IMG/VR virus record: IMGVR_UViG_3300032227_000596
Span: 1-27,967 of that record
Direction: 5' to 3' (one strand)
From: a virus
Lineage: Duplodnaviria; Caudoviricetes
DNA: 27,967 nt
A program made the translations under genes and the position numbers. Of the stretch, positions 8,504 through 16,317 are shown one piece after another. Within the stretch, counting starts at the first letter, position 1. Each line of letters starts with the position of its first letter. Under the pieces are notes generated by a model, which ran no database searches, was not told the DNA's origin, and worked only from the letters and a program-made list of their open reading frames with translations.

Positions 8504-9964
8504 ATGAAAAGAGCAACCATAATCATACGCGACGAAGTGAACATAAAGATTGAGGGCCTGGATCTTGACACTCGCAGAGATCTAGTGAAGAAGTTCAAAT
8601 ACGATGTACCTTACGCCCGTTATCTTCCTGCTGTGAGGCTGGGGCGGTGGGATGGTAAAGTGGCCTACTTCCAGCTGGGCGGCAGCACCTATGTGAATCT
8701 CCTGCCCGACATAATTCCTATCCTAGAAAATCAAAACTACGATATCGAACTGGACGATCAACGCACTTACACCACAACATTTGATTTTGTACAGGTCACA
8801 GAGACCACATATCAGGATCGCAAATGGCCCCGGGGACATCCTGCAGAGGGTCAACCTATCTTGTTGCGCGATTATCAGGTGGAGATCGTGAACAACTTCT
8901 TGGCCAATCCACAATGCCTGCAAGAAGTGGCCACGGGTGCGGGCAAGACCATCATGACAGCAGCACTTAGTGACGCTGTGAGTGTGTATGGGCGCAGTAT
9001 AGTTATCGTGCCTAACAAAAGTCTCGTCACACAAACAGAAAAAGACTACATCAATATGGAATTGGATGTGGGTGTGTATTTTGGTGACAGAAAAGAATAC
9101 GGCCGCCATCACACCATTTGCACATGGCAGAGCTTGAATAATCTATTAAAGAACACAAAGAATGGCATTGGTGATTGCACCATCCAGGAATTTTTAGAAG
9201 ATGTGGTATGCGTTATAGTAGACGAAGTACACATGGCCAAGGCAGATGCATTAAAAACTCTATTAACAGGTGTAATGGCGCAAGTGCCAATTCGTTGGGG
9301 ATTAACGGGAACTATTCCAAAAGAACTATTTGAAAGTCAGAGCTTACTGGTGAGCTTGGGGCCGGTGATATCAAGACTGGCTGCCAGTGAATTACAGGAT
9401 CGCGGTGTACTAGCGCAATGTCATGTGAATGTTGTACAACTTGTAGACATACGCGAGCACAAGACCTATCAAGAAGAATTGAAATATCTACTGGAAGAAC
9501 CGGGTAGATTGGATGCTATCGCACAGTTGGTACTGCAAGTGAATGAAACAGGCAATACCTTGGTGTTGGTGGATCGTGTGGCAGCCGGGCATGAACTGGT
9601 CAGCAGACTGGGAGACCGTGCGGTGTTTGTGTCGGGTGCGACCAAGGCCAAAGCCCGACAGGATGAATATGATGAAGTGGCCATCAGCACAGACAAGATC
9701 ATCGTGGCCACATACGGTGTGGCAGCAGTGGGCATCAATATTCCACGTATCTTTAACTTGGTAATGATCGAGCCCGGCAAGAGTTTTACCCGAGTGATAC
9801 AATCCATTGGGCGTGGTATCAGAAAGGCCGAAGACAAAGATCATGTGCAGATCTGGGACATCACTTCAACATGCAAGTTCAGCAAACGCCACTTGACCAA
9901 ACGCAAGGTGTTTTACAATGAAGCCAACTATCCTTACACTCAGGAGAAATTGGCATGGCAATAG
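8504..9964 (+). CDS. uvsW: UvsW-like superfamily 2 DNA helicase
   Basis: WDGK, Q-motif LRDYQ, ATGAGKT, DEVH, GLTGT, motif VI QSIGRGIR; start at ATG 8504. Confidence 0.85.
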   Translation: MKRATIIIRDEVNIKIEGLDLDTRRDLVKKFKYDVPYARYLPAVRLGRWDGKVAYFQLGGSTYVNLLPDIIPILENQNYDIELDDQRTYTTTFDFVQVTETTYQDRKWPRGHPAEGQPILLRDYQVEIVNNFLANPQCLQEVATGAGKTIMTAALSDAVSVYGRSIVIVPNKSLVTQTEKDYINMELDVGVYFGDRKEYGRHHTICTWQSLNNLLKNTKNGIGDCTIQEFLEDVVCVIVDEVHMAKADALKTLLTGVMAQVPIRWGLTGTIPKELFESQSLLVSLGPVISRLAASELQDRGVLAQCHVNVVQLVDIREHKTYQEELKYLLEEPGRLDAIAQLVLQVNETGNTLVLVDRVAAGHELVSRLGDRAVFVSGATKAKARQDEYDEVAISTDKIIVATYGVAAVGINIPRIFNLVMIEPGKSFTRVIQSIGRGIRKAEDKDHVQIWDITSTCKFSKRHLTKRKVFYNEANYPYTQEKLAWQ

Positions 9965-9994
9965 GTCGCATTCTTCACAACTATAATATACAAT
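9963..9994 (+). promoter_or_regulatory. Promoter with variant -35 (AGGTCGCA) and TACAAT
   Basis: TCGCAT-17 nt-TACAAT; an extra TATAAT at 9982-9987. Confidence 0.6.
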
Positions 9995-10000
9995 AAACTC

Positions 10001-10501
10001 ATGCGTATCCTTACATTAGACAACAAACCCTATGATCTCGACCATTTGCCTGAAGAGGTAGATGACATGAGATTTGCCATACTAGATAATTCAGATCCGG
10101 CCAATCCAGACTATCACTACATTCCTTTAATCTTTTTGGAAAGTTTTAATGCCCCTGCATTAGTATTACAGATAGGTGATTTCAAGATAAAGATGCCCGT
10201 GGATTGGCAGATACTGATTGGTGAACCCGAAGTGGGGGATCTAGAAATGCTGCCACTGACCAGTGTGAATGATCGTGGCTTTAAAGTGTTTCAATTCAAT
10301 CCACTCAGCAGTTTCCGCCCTAGTTTTCCTAGCTTGGAGATCGTAGATGTGTATCAAGAAGTGGCATGGTATGCACCCAAACTAAAGAATGGGCAGATGC
10401 TATGTGTGCCAATCAATGACGCAGAGCAACCGGACTGTGTGTATTTCGTAAAAGACATCAGTCGCAACTGCGAGATAGTGGATTACAATCGAGCCTGGTA
10501 A
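10001..10501 (+). CDS. Hypothetical protein, possibly a degenerate Hint fold
   Basis: 166-aa ORF tightly coupled to neighbours; pattern resembles Hint blocks (see findings). Confidence 0.7.
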   Translation: MRILTLDNKPYDLDHLPEEVDDMRFAILDNSDPANPDYHYIPLIFLESFNAPALVLQIGDFKIKMPVDWQILIGEPEVGDLEMLPLTSVNDRGFKVFQFNPLSSFRPSFPSLEIVDVYQEVAWYAPKLKNGQMLCVPINDAEQPDCVYFVKDISRNCEIVDYNRAW

Positions 10502-10776
10502 TGGGACAGTTAACACCCGGTGCAGCACTGATATATGAGCGTGATGGCCACACGGTGTATCAGCGCAAAGCCGGTGCTGATCCTGCTACCCGAACAGAAG
10601 TGGGGCATGACTACGATCCTAGAACCCGAGATGGTAGACCACGTCGTGAACATATACAAGAAGACAAACTGTGGGAAGCCATTCGCAGAGAGGCCCGCAC
10701 CAATCCTGCTTTACAAGATATTCTAGATCATGCTATAATGATGTATCATTTGACTCGAACTGACAAATCACCATGA
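10501..10776 (+). CDS. Small hypothetical protein with TNPALQD C-terminal motif
   Basis: Coupled ORF ending TNPALQDILDHAIMMYHLTR. Confidence 0.7.
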   Translation: MGQLTPGAALIYERDGHTVYQRKAGADPATRTEVGHDYDPRTRDGRPRREHIQEDKLWEAIRREARTNPALQDILDHAIMMYHLTRTDKSP

Positions 10777-11017
10777 AAAAGACCATCAAGCTCGAACCTG
10801 CTGACTCGTATACAGAAAAGTGGACTGACCTGGACTTTGCCAAGCAGTATGAACCAGATGCCTGGGAACGCACCAAATGGGAAAAATTGTGGGAAACGAA
10901 AGAATATAAAGAAATCAATTATGAGCCTTACTATGAACTTGCCGGCGATGAATACCGCCTATTCGAACAATGGCGAGACATAGTTGCGGCTGCTGAAACC
11001 AATCCTGCTTTACAAGA
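10699..11017 (+). repeat. 20-bp direct repeat ACCAATCCTGCTTTACAAGA at 10699-10718 and 10998-11017
   Basis: Exact match followed by about 35 nt of degenerate similarity. Confidence 0.9.
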
Positions 11018-11066
11018 CCTACTGGATCAAACAAAAATGGTGTATAGATTGACCAAGATCAAATGA
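10773..11066 (+). CDS. Small acidic/aromatic hypothetical protein with TNPALQD C-terminal motif
   Basis: ATGA-coupled; ends TNPALQDLLDQTKMVYRLTK. Confidence 0.7.
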   Translation: MKKTIKLEPADSYTEKWTDLDFAKQYEPDAWERTKWEKLWETKEYKEINYEPYYELAGDEYRLFEQWRDIVAAAETNPALQDLLDQTKMVYRLTKIK

Positions 11067-11506
11067 GCGACAAACTAAACATTGGCAATGAGATGCGGCA
11101 ATTGGACGCAAAGAACCGTGATTTCTATGATGAACTCACGCCGGAAGAACGCAAGAAGTTCTCAACATTCTTAATGGTGCGTTGGGGATCGGCAGTGGAT
11201 GGCAGCAGAGAGATCCAGGAATACTATGTGCAAAGTGTGAATCATTATCTAAACAAGCATTTCTTCACCATGCATCGACATCCCAAACTGCAATGGCTCA
11301 TGGCCACAGCGGCCAGTCCAGGCATGGGTGCAATGCGGCACAACTGGATCGCACCCAAGAAGAAAGAAGCCGGTGCAAGTGCCATAAAGAAACAACTGCG
11401 AGAACTATATCCACATTTCAAAGATGATGAAATTGATCTCATGGCTGAACTCACTGACAAAAAAGAAATAGCTCAACTGCAACGGGCTCATGGCAACGAC
11501 AAGTAA
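11063..11506 (+). CDS. Putative clamp-loader small subunit (T4 gp62-like)
   Basis: Helical 147-aa protein with F.tFLmvRW.S, N, HP.LQW, HNWIAPKKK pattern; replication context. Confidence 0.55.
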   Translation: MSDKLNIGNEMRQLDAKNRDFYDELTPEERKKFSTFLMVRWGSAVDGSREIQEYYVQSVNHYLNKHFFTMHRHPKLQWLMATAASPGMGAMRHNWIAPKKKEAGASAIKKQLRELYPHFKDDEIDLMAELTDKKEIAQLQRAHGNDK

Positions 11507-12176
11507 CTTCACATGTAAGTATTGCGAACGATCATTCAGCCGAGAAACCACGCTGAGTGTGCATGTTTGCGAACAAAAGAAACGCTGGCAAGAACAAAGC
11601 GAGCGTGGCGTGCAGTTGGGTCTGCAAGGCTATCTAAAGTTCTACGAATACACACAAGGATCTGCCAAACTCAAGGGCTGGGATGACTTTGTGACATCTC
11701 CTTACTACCGCGCATTTGTCAAGTGGGGTAGGTATTGTGTGGATGTGCGTGTGATCCAACCAGAACGATTCCTTGAATGGTTGCTGAAAGGTAACAAAAA
11801 GATTGATAACTGGTGCAGCGATAAGCTATACACAGAGTATCTTGTGTCACATGTGCAGAAAGAAACTGTGAATGATGCCTTGGCTCGTGCCATTGAATAC
11901 AGCATTGACTGGAGTGAAAAGACTGCATCTCCTTCACATGATTGTTTGAGATATGGCAGCGCCAATGCCACATGCTACGCTGTCACAACAGGCAGGATCA
12001 GTGCTTGGGTGATCTACAATTCGGAATCTGGGCAGAAGTTCCTATCCGAACTCAACGCAGAGCAAGTGGCAATGATATGGCCTTACATTGATTCAGATGT
12101 ATGGCAGAAGAAGTTTGCGGATTATCCTGCAGATCAGGAATACGCAAAAGAGATTTTAACACAAGCAGGATGGTGA
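11490..12176 (+). CDS. Protein with an N-terminal classical zinc finger (C2HC)
   Basis: FTCKYCERSFSRETTLSVHVC matches F-x-C-x2-C-x3-F-x5-L-x2-H-x-C. Confidence 0.75.
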   Translation: MATTSNFTCKYCERSFSRETTLSVHVCEQKKRWQEQSERGVQLGLQGYLKFYEYTQGSAKLKGWDDFVTSPYYRAFVKWGRYCVDVRVIQPERFLEWLLKGNKKIDNWCSDKLYTEYLVSHVQKETVNDALARAIEYSIDWSEKTASPSHDCLRYGSANATCYAVTTGRISAWVIYNSESGQKFLSELNAEQVAMIWPYIDSDVWQKKFADYPADQEYAKEILTQAGW

Positions 12177-12177
12177 T

Positions 12178-12534
12178 ATGATCAAGAATGTGTATGGTAA
12201 TGGGCGATATCTAACAGCTTACAGCAACAATGCCAGTAACTATGTGAGCAACTTTAGCGGGGCACAAGGGCTGGGAGATCTACGATTCAACACAGTGCAT
12301 CAATGCCTGGAAGTGTATAACGGCTCAATGTGGCAACCTCTAAGCATGAGTGATGTCAGTGTGAGTCTAACAGGGGATGCCGTGGAGGCCATTGATTGGG
12401 TGAATCAAAAGCGCAAAGAAGAACATGATATTCAAGTATTGGCTGAGAAGTATCCTGCTGTGGCCGACCAGTTGGCAGCAGTGCGCGAAGCCGAAGAAAA
12501 ACTGCGAATGGTCACACTCCTGGTCCAGACATGA
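12178..12534 (+). CDS. Hypothetical protein
   Basis: Coupled 118-aa ORF; GDLRFN...LEVYNGSMW segment and C-terminal helix. Confidence 0.7.
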   Translation: MIKNVYGNGRYLTAYSNNASNYVSNFSGAQGLGDLRFNTVHQCLEVYNGSMWQPLSMSDVSVSLTGDAVEAIDWVNQKRKEEHDIQVLAEKYPAVADQLAAVREAEEKLRMVTLLVQT

Positions 12535-13100
12535 GCGCAGACATTGACATTGACGTGCCCAATAGGGATGCTGTGCTGGCCTTAATTCAGCACACAGCAG
12601 CACGGCAAAGCAACGGACGTAAACACAACTCTGGAATCTATGTAACAGAGATTCCCAGAGATCCCATCACAGGATGTAGTGCATTGGATTATGAAACAGC
12701 CGAAGCTCGTGGCTACTTCAAGATCGACTTGTTGAACATGAGTGTGTATAACCTGGTGCGGGATCCTGCACACTACGAGCAGATGTTGGCAGCAACGCCG
12801 CCTTGGTCCAGACTGTGGACAGATCCAGAGTGGGCTCGGCAACTGGTGCATGTGGGCAACTATACTGATTTGTTGCGGAGCATGCAGCCCGATAGCATAC
12901 CCCGGATGGCTGCGTTTATTTCAGTAATCCGTCCAGGCAAAGCACACTTGCAGAATCGGCCTTGGTCCGAGGTGTTTGAGTCAGTGTGGGATAGTGATCT
13001 CAGCAGAGGCTACACTTTTAAGCAAGCTCATGCTGTGGGATATGCAGCCTTGGTGGCCTTGCATATGAACCTACTCAACACGCCGGACCAGGGTAATTGA
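12531..13100 (+). CDS. Minimal DNA polymerase III alpha (DnaE, family C) palm/fingers core
   Basis: DIDID, HNSGIY, GYFKIDLL, IRPG, GYTFKQAHAVGYA, collinear with DnaE PDxDxD, HAxGxV, GLxKxDxL, RPG, GYxFNKSHAxxY. Confidence 0.8.
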   Translation: MSADIDIDVPNRDAVLALIQHTAARQSNGRKHNSGIYVTEIPRDPITGCSALDYETAEARGYFKIDLLNMSVYNLVRDPAHYEQMLAATPPWSRLWTDPEWARQLVHVGNYTDLLRSMQPDSIPRMAAFISVIRPGKAHLQNRPWSEVFESVWDSDLSRGYTFKQAHAVGYAALVALHMNLLNTPDQGN

Positions 13101-13448
13101 TTTTCGTTTGCCTTTTCTACGGGCGATATCATTGAGACTGCACACAGGGCCGTGTAAGATCTCCAAGTCCTTGTTCACAAAAGTGCGTAAGCACAGTCGG
13201 AATTCTTCCCATTCGCCACGCAGGAATATGTTGATAGGTATTGATCTATTTGATTCCCACCACCAAGTGTTGGCCAGATCGATATAGCGTCGTTTCTGTT
13301 CAGGATCTTGTATCACACCAAAGTCGTAGATGGTGGTTATCACATCATCTCGATTCTGCACGATGCCCACATATTCGTTGTTGGAGTACACACACAAGGT
13401 TATGAAAGGATACTTGTCTGCAAGTTTTTGGAATAAGTCGCTGCCCAT
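13071..13448 (-). CDS. Hypothetical protein
   Basis: 125 aa; TATAAATA on the - strand at 13472-13465; basic C-terminus; 30-nt convergent overlap with the DnaE-like gene. Confidence 0.75.
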   Translation of the reverse strand: MGSDLFQKLADKYPFITLCVYSNNEYVGIVQNRDDVITTIYDFGVIQDPEQKRRYIDLANTWWWESNRSIPINIFLRGEWEEFRLCLRTFVNKDLEILHGPVCSLNDIARRKGKRKSITLVRRVE

Positions 13449-13511
13449 ATTATATTAGTTCGGATATTTATACCCCTGTGTCTCGGGCTAAATATCATTG
13501 GAGCTCACCAC

Positions 13512-14603
13512 ATGTATTCAACCCAGATCTATATCTATCAACAAATCCAACGTGTGTTGGTATTGGATACCACAGATGGTGACGTTTTTGACCGGAGGTG
13601 GGATCCTGTGTATGCTAAAAAATTAACCATCAACAAAGGTGTTGACAACGTGATTTTGTTTGAGTTCATCAATCAAGATCAAAAACCTGTGAACATCACA
13701 GGGTCAGCCTTGCGATTCAAACTGATCAATCTAGCAGGCACAGCCCAACTGATTGAAAAAGACATGGTCATAATCAATGCTGCATTTGGGCGTGCCAAGG
13801 TCACATTGACAGCAGCCGAGACCACAGAGTTTCCGCCAGAACCCTCCAGCTACAGCATAGAACGTGCAAGTGGCAATCTCGTAGAAGCAGTGTTCGTGGA
13901 TGCCCAAGCACAAGGCCGTGGCGATGTGGACATTGTTGATTCAGTCAAGCCGGCTTTTGTGCCCAGTCAATTGGTCACTATCCCCACGATCTATGGTCCA
14001 GAGTCTTATGTTGATCCAGTGTTCAATTCCAACTATCCTGATTGGGCATTGAATCCACCGGGTGCGTATGGCAATGTTTACAACGATCCACAACGCTTCA
14101 GCAGCCATGTTCCTACCAATGGTACCAGCTTTACCACATTCCAGATGGAAATGGATCATTACACCGGAAATGTCAAAGTGCAAGGTGCTCAGAACTACGA
14201 ATCTGTTTGGGCAGATGTCACAGAGTTGCAGAGCTATTACAACAAGACCGGCACTGATTATATCAATGTGGTAGGCTATCATCCGTTGTTGAGATTGGTA
14301 AGTGATCAATGGCCTGGTACAGAACAAGTACAGTTAGCCACAGCCACAGCCACCGGAGCCAATGGAGTGATCACCGGGATCACTGTGACTCAAGCTGGAT
14401 ATGGATATCTTGCACCACCTAAGGTCAGCATCATTGGGCTGGGTGCAGGTGCCGTGGCCGAAGCAGAAATTACTGGTGATCAAGTCAGTGCCATAAATGT
14501 TATAGACGGTGGCGCAGGGTATGTGGCCAATCCACAACAAAGCAATCGGGTAGCGGTAATCGGTATCAGTCGTGGAGCCATCATAAGCATACTAGTTAGA
14601 TGA
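13512..14603 (+). CDS. Virion structural protein (baseplate/tail-associated)
   Basis: TAAATA 13489-13494 plus GGAG; C-terminal Gly-rich repeats ITVTQAGYGY..PP.VSI.G.G.GA.A and INVIDGGAGY typical of T4-like tail/baseplate proteins. Confidence 0.65.
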   Translation: MYSTQIYIYQQIQRVLVLDTTDGDVFDRRWDPVYAKKLTINKGVDNVILFEFINQDQKPVNITGSALRFKLINLAGTAQLIEKDMVIINAAFGRAKVTLTAAETTEFPPEPSSYSIERASGNLVEAVFVDAQAQGRGDVDIVDSVKPAFVPSQLVTIPTIYGPESYVDPVFNSNYPDWALNPPGAYGNVYNDPQRFSSHVPTNGTSFTTFQMEMDHYTGNVKVQGAQNYESVWADVTELQSYYNKTGTDYINVVGYHPLLRLVSDQWPGTEQVQLATATATGANGVITGITVTQAGYGYLAPPKVSIIGLGAGAVAEAEITGDQVSAINVIDGGAGYVANPQQSNRVAVIGISRGAIISILVR

Positions 14604-15331
14604 CATTTAAAAAAATCGTAGGGTTTGGTGATTCCTGGATGTACGGTGATGAACTGTTAGATCCTGAACTGATACGCAAACACTCAGATGCACATTCATG
14701 CTGGCATCAGAATGATGCATATCGCAACAGTCATTGTTTTTTGGGATTGCTAGGCGAACATTACAACGTGCCTATAGAAAACTTTGGCATCGCCGGTGGC
14801 AGCATGCAGAGCTCAATCTGGACATTCCAGTGGTGGTTGGATCATGAACCTGATCCTGGCTCGTGCCTGGTACTGGTGGGCCACACTGATTCAGATCGAC
14901 TCAGCTTCTACAATCCCAATCACCGCAGTTATGCCAATGATCCGCCCTGGAATCGTTTCATCCATTCAACTTGGGTGCAATATGGGTCAAGTGTAGTGCC
15001 CGAAGAATTCCGCACCATGGTCAAACAGCAACTGGTACTGACCAATTGTGCTGAACTGGCACGATTGAACTATCAACAAACAGTGCAGTTTTTTGATGGT
15101 GTGGCTGCTCGACGGAATCTCAACATGATGCAGTTTCACATCATGCCAGCCGACGTTGAAATGAATCTGCCCACTGAGATTTGGCCTGGCTTCTCGACCA
15201 CCATGTGGTTCCGAGATCATCCGGGCAACCAGCGTCGTGAACTGATCATGCCCGGTGGCCATCCCAACGAGATTGGGCATGTGATGATATCAGAAAAGTT
15301 GATTTCTACCATAGACTCTGCTACAATGTAG
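14600..15331 (+). CDS. SGNH/GDSL-like hydrolase or acyltransferase
   Basis: FGDSW (block I), NFGIAGGS (block II), GHPNEIGH (block V). Confidence 0.7.
   Translation: MTFKKIVGFGDSWMYGDELLDPELIRKHSDAHSCWHQNDAYRNSHCFLGLLGEHYNVPIENFGIAGGSMQSSIWTFQWWLDHEPDPGSCLVLVGHTDSDRLSFYNPNHRSYANDPPWNRFIHSTWVQYGSSVVPEEFRTMVKQQLVLTNCAELARLNYQQTVQFFDGVAARRNLNMMQFHIMPADVEMNLPTEIWPGFSTTMWFRDHPGNQRRELIMPGGHPNEIGHVMISEKLISTIDSATM
15299..15327 (+). promoter_or_regulatory. sigma70-type promoter for primase
   Basis: TTGATT-17 nt-TACAAT inside the end of the upstream gene. Confidence 0.6.
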
Positions 15332-15333
15332 GG

Positions 15334-16317
15334 ATGCTAGACATCCTTGGTTATCTGCCTGCGAAACGAAAAGCCACGCCTTCGGGTTGGATATCGTTCA
15401 ACGCTGTGTGCTGTGCTCACAATGGCAGCACAGCGGATCGGCGCAGTCGCGGAGGTCTCAAGCCCACAGAATCTGGTTGGAGTTATCATTGCTTCAACTG
15501 CAACTACACCGCCAGCTTTATCCTTGGCCGTTCGATGAGTTTTAAGGCCCGAAGGCTCTTGAGTTGGTTAGGTGTGCCCGACGCAGAAATTGATGCGTTA
15601 AACTTGGAAAGCCTAAGACACCGTAGCATACATGGTATTATTGATGACCGACAGAGGATGTTCAATACACTAGTAGGTATTGAGTTTGAAGAACAAGAAC
15701 TACCGGCATTGAGTGAGTTGCTGACTGGCGAAGATCCTCGACGAGATTATCTCAGGCAACGATGTGTGCCCGATGACTATCCTGTGATGATACAAGATCA
15801 TCCGGAAAGAACATGGCAACATCGACCCAGCGTGATCATTCCATTCACCCACGACGATCGTATTGTAGGTCACACACAAAGATTCTTAGACGACCGCAAG
15901 CCCAAATACATCAGCAACAGCCAGCCTGGGTATGTGTTCGGCACGGACTTGCAGCACTCTGATTGGACCCATGCGATCGTGGTAGAAGGCGTATTTGATG
16001 CGCTCAGTATCGGTGGTTTGGCAGTGATGCACAGCACCATATCTGATGAACAAGCCCGATTGATTCGTAGTCTCGGTCGAGAGATCACTGTGGTGCCCGA
16101 TCAAGACTTGTCAGGCATGGAACTGGTAGATCGTGCAGTGGAACTGGGATGGGCAGTGAGCATGCCACCCTGGCCTGACGATGTCAAGGATGTGAACGAC
16201 TCAGTAATGCGTTATGGTAGACTGGCAACTGTGCTAACTATATTTGAAAATCGTGAAATCAGTAAGATCAAAATAGAACTAAGGAAGAAAAATCTTGTTA
16301 AAAGACTACGGAGTTGA
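15334..16317 (+). CDS. DNA primase (T4 gp61/DnaG-like: zinc-binding domain plus TOPRIM)
   Basis: CCAH...HCFNC; VEGVFDA; PDQD; KDVND. Confidence 0.88.
   Translation: MLDILGYLPAKRKATPSGWISFNAVCCAHNGSTADRRSRGGLKPTESGWSYHCFNCNYTASFILGRSMSFKARRLLSWLGVPDAEIDALNLESLRHRSIHGIIDDRQRMFNTLVGIEFEEQELPALSELLTGEDPRRDYLRQRCVPDDYPVMIQDHPERTWQHRPSVIIPFTHDDRIVGHTQRFLDDRKPKYISNSQPGYVFGTDLQHSDWTHAIVVEGVFDALSIGGLAVMHSTISDEQARLIRSLGREITVVPDQDLSGMELVDRAVELGWAVSMPPWPDDVKDVNDSVMRYGRLATVLTIFENREISKIKIELRKKNLVKRLRS

Noticed and set aside
10707-10739. TGCTTTA as a T4 MotA box
   Set aside because: It is 20 nt from TATAAT, too far for MotA geometry; better read as a -35 TTTACA.
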